Positions 21,331-32,186 of a stretch of DNA of 64,000 nt are shown piece by piece (within the stretch, counting starts at the first letter, position 1; the number at the start of each line of letters is the position of its first letter). A program made the position numbers and the translations under genes. The stretch comes from Trueperaceae bacterium. Its GTDB lineage: Bacteria; Deinococcota; Deinococci; Deinococcales; Trueperaceae. The notes beneath the pieces are model-generated. The model searched no databases. It saw only the letters and a list, made by a program, of their open reading frames with translations, and had not been told where the DNA came from. The DNA lies in contig PAMQ01000015.1 of assembly GCA_002707365.1 (NCBI GenBank), forward strand, positions 1 through 64,000, read 5' to 3'.

Positions 21331-21759
21331 ATGCCGTTTGGTGAGTTTCAATACTCGGTCGATGATAAGGGGCGGGTCATCATCCCACCCCCATTTAGAA
21401 CCTTTATAGAGGCTGGCTTAGTAATAACTAGAGGAATGGAAGGTTGTCTCTATATCTTCCCAAACACCGCCTGGCAAAGAATCGAAGAACGCCTTACCGA
21501 CCTTCCTCTGACGGATCCTGACGCACGCAATTTCGTACGATTCTTTTACTCCGGCGCCGCCAAAGCTAAGATCGATACTGCTGGTCGCATCACGATAGCC
21601 GGGACCCTTCGCATGTTTGCCGAGGTGAAAGACCAAGTGGTTATCGCAGGCGCACCCAACCGTCTGGAAGTTTGGAATGAGACCCGATGGCTTAACAACT
21701 TATCGGAAGTTCAAGAACGCCCCCCCGCACCAGAGCTACTACGTGAGCTTGTCGGATGA
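21331..21759 (+). CDS. mraZ: Transcriptional regulator MraZ
   Basis: MPFGEFQYSVDDKGRVIIPPPFR and duplicated MraZ domain; first gene of the dcw cluster. Confidence 0.95.
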   Translation: MPFGEFQYSVDDKGRVIIPPPFRTFIEAGLVITRGMEGCLYIFPNTAWQRIEERLTDLPLTDPDARNFVRFFYSGAAKAKIDTAGRITIAGTLRMFAEVKDQVVIAGAPNRLEVWNETRWLNNLSEVQERPPAPELLRELVG

Positions 21760-22610
21760 ATCACACCCCTGTCATGCTGAAAGAGTCAATTGACCTATTA
21801 ACGATAATTGAAGGGCAGTGGTACGTCGATGGCACATTTGGAGCGGGAGGGCATAGCACAGAAATTCTTAATCGCGGTGGAAGGGTATTAGCTTTAGACA
21901 AAGATCCTGCTGCCGCAGACCACGCACAAAGCTTCCAGGGATCTGACTTCCATTTTAAACAAAGTAATTTCCGGGATCTTCCTCATGTCCTGATGACGAC
22001 TGGTATCACTCGTATCCACGGAGTGCTCCTTGATTTAGGTGTTTCCAGCATGCAACTTAGCCAACCGGAACGAGGGTTTTCTTACCGAAATAATGGTCCC
22101 CTCGACATGCGTATGGATCAAATTGGGACCAATGCAGCCGACCTGGTCAACAACGCAACCGAAGCAGAGCTAGCCGAAATTATTTACCGGTACGGAGAAG
22201 ACCATTACAGTCGACGTATAGCGCGGACAATTGTTAAGGCCCGTTCTATACAACCGATCCAGTCTACGCAAACCCTACGCGAGTTACTCGAGTCCGCATA
22301 CCCAAATAAAAAGCGAAGGTCCCATCCAGCCCGAAAAACCTTTCAGGCCCTGCGGATAGCTGTTAATGACGAACTTGGAGCTCTCAAAGATGGAATCAGT
22401 TCCGCTGGAACTGTACTCTCTGGCGGTGGTCGATTAGTCGTATTAAGTTACCACTCTCTCGAGGATCGAATAATGAAGCGATTCCTCAATCAGAGTCTGG
22501 ATTTACAAGTTGTAACCAAGCGGCCCATCACACCATCGGCCCATGAAGAATCTTCAAATCCTAGATCCAGAAGCGCCAAATTACGTGCTGGTGAGAAGGT
22601 AATAGCGTGA
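21756..22610 (+). CDS. rsmH: 16S rRNA (cytosine1402-N4)-methyltransferase
   Basis: HTPVMLKESIDLL...DGTFGAGGHS SAM-binding motif; overlaps mraZ stop. Confidence 0.95.
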   Translation: MNHTPVMLKESIDLLTIIEGQWYVDGTFGAGGHSTEILNRGGRVLALDKDPAAADHAQSFQGSDFHFKQSNFRDLPHVLMTTGITRIHGVLLDLGVSSMQLSQPERGFSYRNNGPLDMRMDQIGTNAADLVNNATEAELAEIIYRYGEDHYSRRIARTIVKARSIQPIQSTQTLRELLESAYPNKKRRSHPARKTFQALRIAVNDELGALKDGISSAGTVLSGGGRLVVLSYHSLEDRIMKRFLNQSLDLQVVTKRPITPSAHEESSNPRSRSAKLRAGEKVIA

Positions 22611-22927
22611 AATTAGCTGAAATACGCTTGGCACTCATATACGGCTTCTTGCTCATATTACTGGCTTACATGGGGACCATTAATCAAAATTTTACGCGAA
22701 GGCACGTAACCTCAGTATTAAAGATTCAAAGCCTCTCAGATGCAATTGCACATAGTCGCACTCAAACAGCCACAGTAACGGCACCAGAAGCTGTAATCAG
22801 GAGAGCTCAGGCACAAGGAATGATTCCTGCCACCCAAGGTACTGAGATACTTTACGTCTCCCCTAAACCTGCACCTAACTTTCCAATCCCGCAAAGCGGC
22901 TTGGAGATGAGGACGGTGTGGCGTTGA
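22607..22927 (+). CDS. ftsL: Cell division protein FtsL-like (single-TM small protein)
   Basis: 106 aa, one N-terminal TM helix, conserved position between rsmH and ftsI; GTG start overlapping rsmH stop; no strong sequence signature. Confidence 0.55.
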   Translation: MKLAEIRLALIYGFLLILLAYMGTINQNFTRRHVTSVLKIQSLSDAIAHSRTQTATVTAPEAVIRRAQAQGMIPATQGTEILYVSPKPAPNFPIPQSGLEMRTVWR

Positions 22928-24300
22928 AGCCTAGCGCCCAAGAGTTAAAGTTGGCAAGGAAATCTCTGCTCGTCTTTGCCCTAAGCGTCCCCTTATTATT
23001 CAGCCTCATTGGATTTGGTCTAATTTTGCAAGGCACCCCAGTTTGGCCGGGTCCTGTCAGCCTGCCCGTACAGCGGGGCCCTATCTTATCAAGCGAAGGA
23101 GCTGTACTAGCAGAGGGTTCTGCGGAAGCGCGCCGCTACCCTCAAGGTCGGCTAGCTGCTAATCTTGTAGGTTTCAGTGGAGCACTACAACCCGATGGCC
23201 GCTTCGGCCTTGAGGGCTTAGAGTACAGCATGGATGCTCGCCTAGAATCTGGCGAACCGGTGCGCATCACCATAGATCCAGTGATTCAGGCTGCAGCAGA
23301 AAGGCATTTGCACGAAGCAGCAGCAAAACACTCTGCTGCTAGTGGTGCAGTAGCAATCATCGAAACCGGCACAGGAAGGATTCTAGCAGCAGCAAGCTTC
23401 CCGAGCTTTAATCCAGCTGAAAATCCAGCTGCGTCAGATCAGGATCAACTTGTGAATCGCGTTTTTATGGAAGCTTACGAACCTGGTTCAGTAATGAAAC
23501 CTTTTGTCATAGCTGCCCTTCTCGAGGATAATCGCCTTTCTATTGAGGAATCTATACCAGCAGCAATGAGTCGCCGGGTAGGTAACAAAACTTTTCGAGA
23601 TGTGACTTTTCATGAACCCATATTGAGCGTCCAAGACATACTACGGTTCTCCAGCAATACAGGTATGATCAACCTCACCGAAAGATTTGATTCAAACGAG
23701 CTTTACCAGTGGTTCGCAAAGTTTGGCTTTGGGCAAGATTTGCGTGTAGAGGGAATGTTCACGCGATCTGGGATTCTTAACCCCTGGGAGAGATGGGTCC
23801 CTCAAGATCACGCCTCTGCAACCATAGGCCAATCACTTTCGACGACTGTTTTGCAACTAGCAACCGCCTACAGCATCTTTGCTAATGACGGGATGCTATT
23901 CCAACCTAGGCTTCTGGAGGACGCTCAGGTAGACGCACCGCGCCAAGTTTTAACAACCAATGTAGCTAAATCATTACGCTCGATGCTCACTTACACTGTT
24001 GAAGAGAGTGGTCTTCGTAATTCACGTGTACCAAATATTCAGGTAGCAGGTAAAACCGGAACAGCGGATATTTTCGATCACGCTGAAGGTCGTTATTTAG
24101 AAGACACGTACGCCCTGACTTTCGTAGGCATGTTTCCCGCCGAAGTACCTGAAGTCACTATAGTGGTCTCTTTGCAACGAACACCCGAAGGATCGACAAG
24201 TACCACAGTAGCAGGACCTCTTTTCAGAGAAATAGGTACCGAAGTAGCTGCTAGATTAGGAATTAATCCAAGGCCCGAAGTTTTGGCTAAGCAAAGATAG
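22918..24300 (+). CDS. ftsI: Penicillin-binding protein (FtsI-type class B transpeptidase), compact 460-aa form
   Basis: Active-site triad motifs SVMK (SxxK), SSN (SxN) and KTGTA (KTG) in order; N-terminal TM; shorter non-catalytic domain than E. coli FtsI. Confidence 0.85.
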   Translation: MALKPSAQELKLARKSLLVFALSVPLLFSLIGFGLILQGTPVWPGPVSLPVQRGPILSSEGAVLAEGSAEARRYPQGRLAANLVGFSGALQPDGRFGLEGLEYSMDARLESGEPVRITIDPVIQAAAERHLHEAAAKHSAASGAVAIIETGTGRILAAASFPSFNPAENPAASDQDQLVNRVFMEAYEPGSVMKPFVIAALLEDNRLSIEESIPAAMSRRVGNKTFRDVTFHEPILSVQDILRFSSNTGMINLTERFDSNELYQWFAKFGFGQDLRVEGMFTRSGILNPWERWVPQDHASATIGQSLSTTVLQLATAYSIFANDGMLFQPRLLEDAQVDAPRQVLTTNVAKSLRSMLTYTVEESGLRNSRVPNIQVAGKTGTADIFDHAEGRYLEDTYALTFVGMFPAEVPEVTIVVSLQRTPEGSTSTTVAGPLFREIGTEVAARLGINPRPEVLAKQR

Positions 24301-24347
24301 AATGTGAAGATTTTACACACATTACACACTAAGAGTATATTAGGGTT

Positions 24348-25634
24348 GTGAGTATTTCGAGTTTAGAGGAACTAGAACGGCTACGACCCCGGCCAGGCCC
24401 AGCCGTAACAGGAGCTAAATACGACAGTCGGAGGATTACACCAGGTGACGTATTCTTCGCTCTTCCTGGCAAGCACGCCCATGGAATCCAATTTGCCGAC
24501 GAAGCCCTTGCCAGAGGAGCTACTTTCGTTATATCGGACCAGCCACACCCAACAGGCACAGTTGTCTCTGACCCGGCAACTTATTTACTCAAGCTTGGTC
24601 AGCAGTCCCGAAATACTAGAACTGGCGCAGTGATAGGAGTCACCGGTTCTGTAGGAAAAACAACTACCAAAGATTTACTGGCAGCCGCAATATCTGCTTA
24701 CGCAAGTCCAGGCAACCGAAATACGCCTCTTGCTCATGCGACAGAATTGATTTCAATGGAAGCAAAGCGCATACCGACAAAACCAATCGTTCTGGAACTC
24801 GGCATAGACCATATTGGCGAAATGAAAGTCTTGGTAGATTTGGTGCGCCCAACTCATGGAATCATAACTGCCCTTGCAACTGCTCATCTTGATGGCCTGA
24901 AAAATCTAGCCACCATCACTGCTGAAAAGACTCTCCTGCTTGAAGCTTCCAGCGATTCTTTTGCAGACATCGAAGCCGCTAAATATTTACCCTCCTCCGT
25001 CCGAAAACGCACAACCACATACGGACTTGAAGGAGAAGGGGCGGATTTTGAACCACCATTTTTTATCGATCGTGCAGGCCATCCTGTTCTAAAATTAGGA
25101 GCTTCTTATCGTCTACCTGGAATCGGACGTACATTTGCCCGGAACGCGGCTGGAGCTCTTGCAATCGCTAAAGCACTCAACATTCACATAGTTGAAGCAG
25201 CAGCAAGAATGGTGCACATGAAACTTAGCCCTAGCAGATTACAAATTATTCGATCTGACAACCTGACCATTATCGATGACAGCTACAACAGTAGTCCAGC
25301 TTCCCTTGTAGCCGCCCTCGAAGTTCTTTTGGCCTCCAACAAACCCACAACCGCGGTTCTCGGCGATATGCTTGAACTAGGCACTTCGGCTGATGACCTC
25401 CACTGCTCATTCTCGAAGTCTGCCATGACCATTAATCGACTAGTGACTGTAGGCGAGAAGGCAGCCCTCATCGCCCCTAATCACCCAAACGCGATTCGAG
25501 CGCTTAATACTGAAGAGGCCATTGAAGTTTTGGCAAACTTGGACCTCAAAGGAACGATTTTAGTCAAAGCCTCACGAGGAATGCACTTTGAGAGAATCAT
25601 TACAGCCCTGACTAGTACGAAGAGGCGCTCGTGA
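24348..25634 (+). CDS. murF: UDP-N-acetylmuramoyl-tripeptide--D-alanyl-D-alanine ligase
   Basis: GVTGSVGKTTTKDLL P-loop, DSRRITPGDVFFALPG, C-terminal IDDSYNSSPAS...VLGDMLELG (MurF signature, not the MurE DYAHTPDAL). Confidence 0.9.
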   Translation: MSISSLEELERLRPRPGPAVTGAKYDSRRITPGDVFFALPGKHAHGIQFADEALARGATFVISDQPHPTGTVVSDPATYLLKLGQQSRNTRTGAVIGVTGSVGKTTTKDLLAAAISAYASPGNRNTPLAHATELISMEAKRIPTKPIVLELGIDHIGEMKVLVDLVRPTHGIITALATAHLDGLKNLATITAEKTLLLEASSDSFADIEAAKYLPSSVRKRTTTYGLEGEGADFEPPFFIDRAGHPVLKLGASYRLPGIGRTFARNAAGALAIAKALNIHIVEAAARMVHMKLSPSRLQIIRSDNLTIIDDSYNSSPASLVAALEVLLASNKPTTAVLGDMLELGTSADDLHCSFSKSAMTINRLVTVGEKAALIAPNHPNAIRALNTEEAIEVLANLDLKGTILVKASRGMHFERIITALTSTKRRS

Positions 25635-26536
25635 ATTTCTTTATGGGAGTCATTTTTGGCTGGCTGTTAACCGGAATGTTCCTCGCTTTTGCCAGACGCA
25701 AGAACTGGGGAAAATCAATCAGAGCTGATGGCCCAAGTACACATGGAACCAAGGCGGGTACTCCCACTATGGGAGGCGTTGCTATCATCGTAACTGCAAT
25801 AGGCACCTGGGTTGCGATAGGACCGCGGACTCCCGACTCACTAGCACTAGTTTTGCTGATCATTGCTAGTGCTTTTCTAGGCCTAATAGACGACATTGTA
25901 GCCCTCAAGAATAAGGGTGACCAAAACCAAGACTTGGGAACAGGCTTGCTTGCTAGATACCGCCTTGGGATACAAATAATGCTCGGTGGTGGATTTGCTA
26001 TCTACGCTATTTTGGGCGGACACGGCCCATTTGATATCCCGATCTTTGATTGGCTATTACTTACCTTTGTCGTAGTAGGGTCAATTAACGCCTTTAATAT
26101 GACAGACGGCCTCGACGGGTTAGCGGGCGGGGTTACGGCAATTATTCTCCTACCATTCTTAACCACACCCCTTGGGCCCCCATTATTAGGAGGCATTCTT
26201 AGTTTTCTTTGGTTCAATAGTCACCCAGCCCGTGTGTTTATGGGCGGCGTTGGGTCTGAAGCTCTCGGAGCAGCTATCGCAGGAATCGCAATATTAGAGG
26301 GAGCAGTGCTATACCTACCACTCATCGCTCTAGTTCCTGTCCTGGAAACCCTTTCGGTAATTGTCCAGGTTTCTTACTTCAGGCTAACTCAAGGGAAAAG
26401 GTTATTAAAGATGAGCCCCCTCCATCACCATTTCGAATTAAGCGGTTGGACCGAACAACAGGTGGTGACTAGATTTTGGATAGTGACTGCAATTTGCGTT
26501 GGAATTTACTTTTTCCTTAAGGGCATTCCAACGTGA
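25631..26536 (+). CDS. mraY: Phospho-N-acetylmuramoyl-pentapeptide transferase
   Basis: AFNMTDGLDGLAGG and multi-TM profile. Confidence 0.9.
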   Translation: MNFFMGVIFGWLLTGMFLAFARRKNWGKSIRADGPSTHGTKAGTPTMGGVAIIVTAIGTWVAIGPRTPDSLALVLLIIASAFLGLIDDIVALKNKGDQNQDLGTGLLARYRLGIQIMLGGGFAIYAILGGHGPFDIPIFDWLLLTFVVVGSINAFNMTDGLDGLAGGVTAIILLPFLTTPLGPPLLGGILSFLWFNSHPARVFMGGVGSEALGAAIAGIAILEGAVLYLPLIALVPVLETLSVIVQVSYFRLTQGKRLLKMSPLHHHFELSGWTEQQVVTRFWIVTAICVGIYFFLKGIPT

Positions 26537-27870
26537 AAGTGCTGATTTACGGTCTTGGTCGTAGTGGTATTGGCGCCGGCCTTCTTGCTGAAGAGCAAGG
26601 CCATGAGATCTTTTTCTACGATGAGCAGAAAAGCACCCCAGAAATCGAGATGGCCAAGAATAAGAATTGGGTGAACACAGAGCATATAAACCTAGTGCCT
26701 GCAGATATCTGTATTGCTGCTCCTGGAGTGCCATTCGACCACCCTGATCTTGTGAACCTCCGGAGCCGTGGAATAGAAACTATTGGGGAAGTTGAATGGG
26801 TCTCTCGCACCGTACAAAAACCAATTATAGGCATCACAGGTACAGCAGGTAAAAGTACAGTTACGGCTTGGACATCTCACATCCTGCGGCGTGCTGGATA
26901 CGACGCTATTCCAGGAGGAAATTTTGACCCCCCGCTAAGTAAAGCTGCTACACAAGGGAATCTACTGGTTGCCGAGCTATCCTCATTTCAACTTGAACGT
27001 TGTCCTACACTCAGGCCAATCGTATCAGCGATACTAAATCTAGGCGTAGACCACATAGACCGCCACGGAAGCATAGAGAATTACCATCTTGCTAAACACT
27101 CGGCTGTGAGCAATCTTGGACCAAACGACAACATGGTAATACCCGATGACAACAGTACTCTTGAGAGTTGGGCTAGGACTATCAACACTCGGGTTTGGCG
27201 ATTTGGAAAATCGCCAAACAGTGATGCGACAATTGCTTGCGGCAAAATAGAAGTATCTGGAAAAGTGATTTGTGAACGAGAACAGCTACTCCTTAAAGAG
27301 GCGCACAACCTAAGTAACGCCTTAGCTTCAGCCGTAATCGCTCATGCGTACGGTTTAGCACCCGAAGAAATTACTGAAGGCCTCTGCACTTTTCAAGGCC
27401 TGCCAGGAAGATTCCGACACATTGGAACGATTGGTAAAGTCGCTGTTGTTAGCGATTCATACGCAACCCGACCCCTTGCTGTCCACTCAGCTCTTCGTGA
27501 ATGCACAGCCCCAATAGTGTGGATTGCGGGAGGTACCGATAAAGGATCTGGGTTGGAAGGGCTAGAGGCTCTTGTACGAAACCGAGTAGTTTTGTTTATA
27601 GGCGTAGGAGCTTCCGGTGCCAGGCTAACTAAGGAGGTAGGTAAGTGGCTCCCGGCTTTCCATTGTACAGAACGCAGCGGCGAGGCAGCTCTTGAATGTG
27701 CACTTAAGCGAGGCTTAAGGCACCTTGAGCAGAACGAGAACGGTGAAGGTACAGTGCTCCTAGCCCCCATGGCATCTTCCTTCGATCAATTCCGCGACTA
27801 TAAACACCGAGGATCAGTTTTCACTGAGATAACCAGGAGACTAGAGCGCCAATGGATTCGCGATTACTGA
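26533..27870 (+). CDS. murD: UDP-N-acetylmuramoylalanine--D-glutamate ligase
   Basis: IGITGTAGKSTVTAW P-loop and Mur ligase domain order; position in cluster. Confidence 0.9.
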   Translation: MKVLIYGLGRSGIGAGLLAEEQGHEIFFYDEQKSTPEIEMAKNKNWVNTEHINLVPADICIAAPGVPFDHPDLVNLRSRGIETIGEVEWVSRTVQKPIIGITGTAGKSTVTAWTSHILRRAGYDAIPGGNFDPPLSKAATQGNLLVAELSSFQLERCPTLRPIVSAILNLGVDHIDRHGSIENYHLAKHSAVSNLGPNDNMVIPDDNSTLESWARTINTRVWRFGKSPNSDATIACGKIEVSGKVICEREQLLLKEAHNLSNALASAVIAHAYGLAPEEITEGLCTFQGLPGRFRHIGTIGKVAVVSDSYATRPLAVHSALRECTAPIVWIAGGTDKGSGLEGLEALVRNRVVLFIGVGASGARLTKEVGKWLPAFHCTERSGEAALECALKRGLRHLEQNENGEGTVLLAPMASSFDQFRDYKHRGSVFTEITRRLERQWIRDY

Positions 27871-28901
27871 TCACACAGATTCTCCTTGGAGCCTTCGGCG
27901 TCCTTGCCGTGGCTACAGGAAAACCAGAATTAGCTATCGAGCATAGCGTTAGAATCCTCTTGGGTTTGTTTATCTCGATTTTAGTGGGAAGACTCACTGC
28001 GAACACCATAGTCCGCTTATCCCCCTACGCCTACCTGTTAACTCTTATTCTTCTTATAGCTGTAGTTATTTGGGGCTCATCGCCGGAAGGAAGCGAAAGT
28101 AAGCGCTGGTTAATTATTGGCGGCTTCGGCCTACAGCCGTCAGAATTCATGAAAGTTGTAGTCATTGCTTACCTAGCAGCGTTCTTTTATAACCACCTCG
28201 GCAACTGGCAAATTTGGCGACCAATGGTTGTTGTGGGCTTCGCGGCTGGCCTAATCGTGGCCCAACCAGATGTGAGTACAGCAGCATTCATCTTCGCCCT
28301 CGCGTTTGCAATCATGCTAGCAGCAGGCACCTCACTTGCACGGTTACTTGCAATTAGTACTTCTGCAGCACTGATTGCGTTAGTCCTTGCCGGCTCCTAT
28401 CTAAGCCAATTCGAATACATTGGCGATCGCTTTTCTGGGTACATTGACTTTATCACCACCCAGGAAAAATCTGAAAATTTGAGCTTTCAAGCTGTTATGG
28501 CCAGACGAACCCTTCAGCGTTCTGGATTTTTTGGAATAGGCCCCGGACATCTCAACCGCGTCCCTGAGTCTTGGACCGACATGGTAGCTATCAATATTGC
28601 CCAGTCATTGGGACTTACCGGAATTACGACCCTAATCATACTTTACGTCCTAGTTGCCACTAGAGGCCTCTTTATCGCTTCTCGTTTAAGAGGACCAGGA
28701 AGCCTGCTTGCTGCTGGCGCAACAACATATATTTGTGGCCAAGCTGGCCTTAATCTACTTGTTTCTGCTGGACTCATACCAGTTACTGGTATCCCATTGC
28801 CCTTCGTCAGTTACGGTTTCAACAGCATGATTTCTGCTTCTATTGCCGTAGGGTTCATCCATAGCGGTTACCGTGCCCTAAAAACGGAGACCAAGCAATG
28901 A
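27852..28901 (+). CDS. ftsW: SEDS-family peptidoglycan glycosyltransferase FtsW
   Basis: 10-TM FtsW/RodA profile (SEFMKVVVIAYLAAFF...); location between murD and murG. Confidence 0.85.
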   Translation: MDSRLLITQILLGAFGVLAVATGKPELAIEHSVRILLGLFISILVGRLTANTIVRLSPYAYLLTLILLIAVVIWGSSPEGSESKRWLIIGGFGLQPSEFMKVVVIAYLAAFFYNHLGNWQIWRPMVVVGFAAGLIVAQPDVSTAAFIFALAFAIMLAAGTSLARLLAISTSAALIALVLAGSYLSQFEYIGDRFSGYIDFITTQEKSENLSFQAVMARRTLQRSGFFGIGPGHLNRVPESWTDMVAINIAQSLGLTGITTLIILYVLVATRGLFIASRLRGPGSLLAAGATTYICGQAGLNLLVSAGLIPVTGIPLPFVSYGFNSMISASIAVGFIHSGYRALKTETKQ

Positions 28902-29989
28902 CATCTTCCGTGATCTTCGCGACAGGTGGGACAGGAGGCCATATCTATCCTGCCATCGCAGTGGCTAATGCTGGTCGTGAACGGGGAGAGCAAATTATCT
29001 TCCTAGGCCAGCAGGGTGGAATGGAAGAAAACATTACCAGGAATGCAGGGTTCAGGTTCATTGGAGTCCCGGCAGGCAAATGGGACCGCCACAAACCAAA
29101 CCCCTTACAGGCAATTTCAGCAACGAGAGGAACACTATCAGCCATGAAAGTCGTACGACGAGAGAGGCCCGGACTAATTATGGGTTTCGGTGGATTTGCT
29201 AGTTTCCCTGGTTGTGCTTCTGCAACACTACTTAACATACCACTCGTACTCCATGACGGTAACGTGTTCCCAGGTAAAGTCACACGCTGGTTTGCCAGTC
29301 GTGCTTGGGCAGTTATCGGGGCTCAGCAGGAGTCTTGTGGGTACTTAACGAAAGCCAAAAGGTTCATCCATATCCCTGAACCAATTCGCGAACACCGAAT
29401 TCCTAAAAATGAAGCTCGCGATAAACTAGGCTTTCCTCTGTCGGGTATATTGACTCTAATAATGGGTGGTTCTCAAGGATCCGAAACTCTCAACCGCCTA
29501 GTACCAGAAGCCTATAAAAAACTCCACCAAAACACTTCTGTATTACACATCACCGGCGCTCACCTGAAACACTGTCTCGATAGCTCTACCTGTAATACCT
29601 ATAAGACGGTACCCTATGCCGATTCCTCCCTAGCTTGGTCAGCTGCAGATCTTGGAATCACTCGATCGGGGGTAAGTACTCTTGCAGAGGCAGCTTTTCA
29701 TGGAGTACCTCTTATCATGCTTCCCTTACCCGGATCTGCCAACAATCACCAGTTACTTAATGCCCGAGCAGTTGAAAAAGCCCGCGCAGGAATGGTGCTA
29801 GAGGATGAAAATGCCTCCGCACTAGCTCATAACTGGGAGAAAGCACTAAATCCGACAGCTCTTTATGAAGCTTCTAAAGCAGCTCAATCTCGTTCACCAG
29901 CAGGAGCTTCCGAACAAATATGGAAGGTAATTGATAAAGCTCGACAAGATACCCCTCCTATGATGCATGAAAGACTAGGTATTTCGTGA
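28898..29989 (+). CDS. murG: UDP-GlcNAc:undecaprenyl-PP-MurNAc-pentapeptide GlcNAc transferase
   Basis: IFATGGTGGHIYPAIAVA G-loop 1 and MurG C-terminal domain. Confidence 0.9.
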   Translation: MTSSVIFATGGTGGHIYPAIAVANAGRERGEQIIFLGQQGGMEENITRNAGFRFIGVPAGKWDRHKPNPLQAISATRGTLSAMKVVRRERPGLIMGFGGFASFPGCASATLLNIPLVLHDGNVFPGKVTRWFASRAWAVIGAQQESCGYLTKAKRFIHIPEPIREHRIPKNEARDKLGFPLSGILTLIMGGSQGSETLNRLVPEAYKKLHQNTSVLHITGAHLKHCLDSSTCNTYKTVPYADSSLAWSAADLGITRSGVSTLAEAAFHGVPLIMLPLPGSANNHQLLNARAVEKARAGMVLEDENASALAHNWEKALNPTALYEASKAAQSRSPAGASEQIWKVIDKARQDTPPMMHERLGIS

Positions 29990-31365
29990 AGACACCGAAA
30001 CATTTCCACTTTATGGGTATTGGCGGAATCGGGATGAGTGCACTCGCCAAATGGCACCTACAAGAAGGTCACCAAGTCAGCGGTTGTGATACTGCCGACA
30101 GCCAAAGCGTTCAACAATTACGGTCGCTAGGGATACCAGTACATTCGAGCCACAACCCTGACCACTTAACTGACAAAATGACTCTGATAAAAAATCGAGC
30201 TGTACCTGCGAATGAACCAGAAGCTAAACACGCTACCAAACTCGGCATCTTAGTCAAACACCGTATAGAGTTGCTAGGCGATCTATTTCAACGTTTCAAC
30301 GCCATCGCCGTCACAGGAAGTCATGGTAAAAGCACTACCACTGGTATGATAGCTACTATTTTTTGCCAGCTAGGCCTCGACCCCTCGGTCCTAATTGGCG
30401 CAGACCTACAGGACATTGGTGGGAACATGCGTTTTGGCCGAAGCACCACTTTGGTGGCGGAAGTAGATGAATCAGATCCTGGATTTTCTCTGCTAGATAG
30501 TCACTTGGCAGTGTTAACTAATTTGGAGAACGATCATGTGGCTGATGGATTCAGTGAACGCCGCACATACCATGCTACGTTTAACGACCTTTTAGACGCT
30601 ACAGAAAAGTTTGCTAGCCGAGCCAAGAACCTATTATTCTGTTCCGATTGGCCTCTTCTTAAATCTCTTTTTGGCCAAACTTGTACAGCATCCACATTCG
30701 GAACCACTTCTGACGCAACCTACAGAATTAGCGAACTTAACCTCTTACCTGAGGCCTCCAGGTTCAATCTCGTGCTGCCAGAAGGCAATATTCAACAAGT
30801 TTGCCTTTCAATACCCGGTCAACACAATGCACTCAACGCTGCCGCCGCTCTTGCCGTAGCGCACCTTAGTGGACTTGATATTTCTGCCTCAGCTGACGCC
30901 TTAAGCCAATTTAAAGGCGTAGGCCGACGTTGGCAACATTGGGGTACTATCGAAGGGGCACCTATTATCGATGATTATGCCCACCATCCGACCGAAATAA
31001 TGGCTACTCTTAACACTGCACAACTAACTGGGCGTCGAGTTCGCGCTGTTATTCAACCTCATCGTTGGGTGCGAACCGCTCTCCACTGGCCGGCTATAGC
31101 TGATGCCGCCTCCATAGCTGATGAGGTGTTTCTGGTAGACATATACGGTGCGGGTGAACTTGCTATCCCCGGCATCTCTCCAGAAATAATAAGAGACCGC
31201 GTCGCACTTACAGGTACCCCAATCGAATACCACTCTTCTCTCGAATCCGTGGTTTCGAGCATCGCTAGTACACTTGACCCAAACGACTTGATAATTACTT
31301 TGGGAGCAGGAGACGTTTGGAAAGTAGCTGAGTTGCTGGTAAATCAAGAAAGATATGACCAGTAA
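29986..31365 (+). CDS. murC: UDP-N-acetylmuramate--L-alanine ligase
   Basis: HFMGIGGIGMSALA and AVTGSHGKSTTTGMI P-loop. Confidence 0.9.
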   Translation: MKTPKHFHFMGIGGIGMSALAKWHLQEGHQVSGCDTADSQSVQQLRSLGIPVHSSHNPDHLTDKMTLIKNRAVPANEPEAKHATKLGILVKHRIELLGDLFQRFNAIAVTGSHGKSTTTGMIATIFCQLGLDPSVLIGADLQDIGGNMRFGRSTTLVAEVDESDPGFSLLDSHLAVLTNLENDHVADGFSERRTYHATFNDLLDATEKFASRAKNLLFCSDWPLLKSLFGQTCTASTFGTTSDATYRISELNLLPEASRFNLVLPEGNIQQVCLSIPGQHNALNAAAALAVAHLSGLDISASADALSQFKGVGRRWQHWGTIEGAPIIDDYAHHPTEIMATLNTAQLTGRRVRAVIQPHRWVRTALHWPAIADAASIADEVFLVDIYGAGELAIPGISPEIIRDRVALTGTPIEYHSSLESVVSSIASTLDPNDLIITLGAGDVWKVAELLVNQERYDQ

Positions 31366-32185
31366 CTCACTCCCACGCACTGTTTCCCTCCGCAACTACA
31401 CCACTTTGCGTATTGGGGGACCAGCTGAACTGTGGCAAGTCAATAGCATTGACGAAATTCGAGAAGCAACAGTCAAGCCGTTTAAGATACTTGGAGGCGG
31501 CTCTAACCTCCTGGTGAGTGACGAAGGTGTAAGTGACCGCGTAATTAAACTTGGTCAATCGTTCAGCAACATCTCTGCTATAGACGGCACTACCGACGTT
31601 TGGATCGGTGCAGCCACACCATTGCCTGGATTAGTACGCCGGGCTCAACGGCAGGGAGTATCTGGGCTAGAGGGCCTCTTTGGCATTCCCGGAGTAGTAG
31701 GCGGCGCTATAGCCATGAACGCGGGTACACGCTTCGGCTCTATTGCCGATACCCTCACTCAAGTGGAAGTGTTCATTGAAGGCAACTTATGCTACCTATC
31801 CTCATCTGAGCTCGGTCTCGCTTACCGTACAAGCAACCTTCCACCTAATTCCATAGTTGTCCGTGCCCGCTTACAACTAGTTCCATCACAGCCTCAACGG
31901 GTAGCCCGAGCAATGGCTTCTGTGGATGAAGCTAGACGGGGACAACCGAAAAACAAATCCGCGGGTTGCGCTTTTAAAAACCCGCCTGGAAAAGCAGCGG
32001 GATTCATAATCGACCAAGCTGGACTTAAAGGCCTACGAGTAGGCGATGCGATGATATCTCATCAACATGGTAATTTCATTGTCAACCTTGGTTCAGCCAC
32101 CCAAAAGGACGTATTAGAGCTTATTGCCCAAGTGAGATCAAGAGTAGAAATTCCCCTGGAACTCGAGTGGCGGGGTTGGGGGTAG
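31355..32185 (+). CDS. murB: UDP-N-acetylenolpyruvoylglucosamine reductase
   Basis: LRNYTTLRIGGPAELW FAD-binding N-terminus and the MurB C-terminal domain. Confidence 0.9.
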   Translation: MTSNSLPRTVSLRNYTTLRIGGPAELWQVNSIDEIREATVKPFKILGGGSNLLVSDEGVSDRVIKLGQSFSNISAIDGTTDVWIGAATPLPGLVRRAQRQGVSGLEGLFGIPGVVGGAIAMNAGTRFGSIADTLTQVEVFIEGNLCYLSSSELGLAYRTSNLPPNSIVVRARLQLVPSQPQRVARAMASVDEARRGQPKNKSAGCAFKNPPGKAAGFIIDQAGLKGLRVGDAMISHQHGNFIVNLGSATQKDVLELIAQVRSRVEIPLELEWRGWG

Positions 32186-32186
32186 C

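Noticed and set aside
24348-25634. Calling this gene murE because it follows ftsI as in the canonical dcw order
   Set aside because: The C-terminal IDDSYNSSPAS...VLGDMLELG signature and N-terminal pattern are those of MurF; MurE has DYAHTPDAL and is about 60 aa longer
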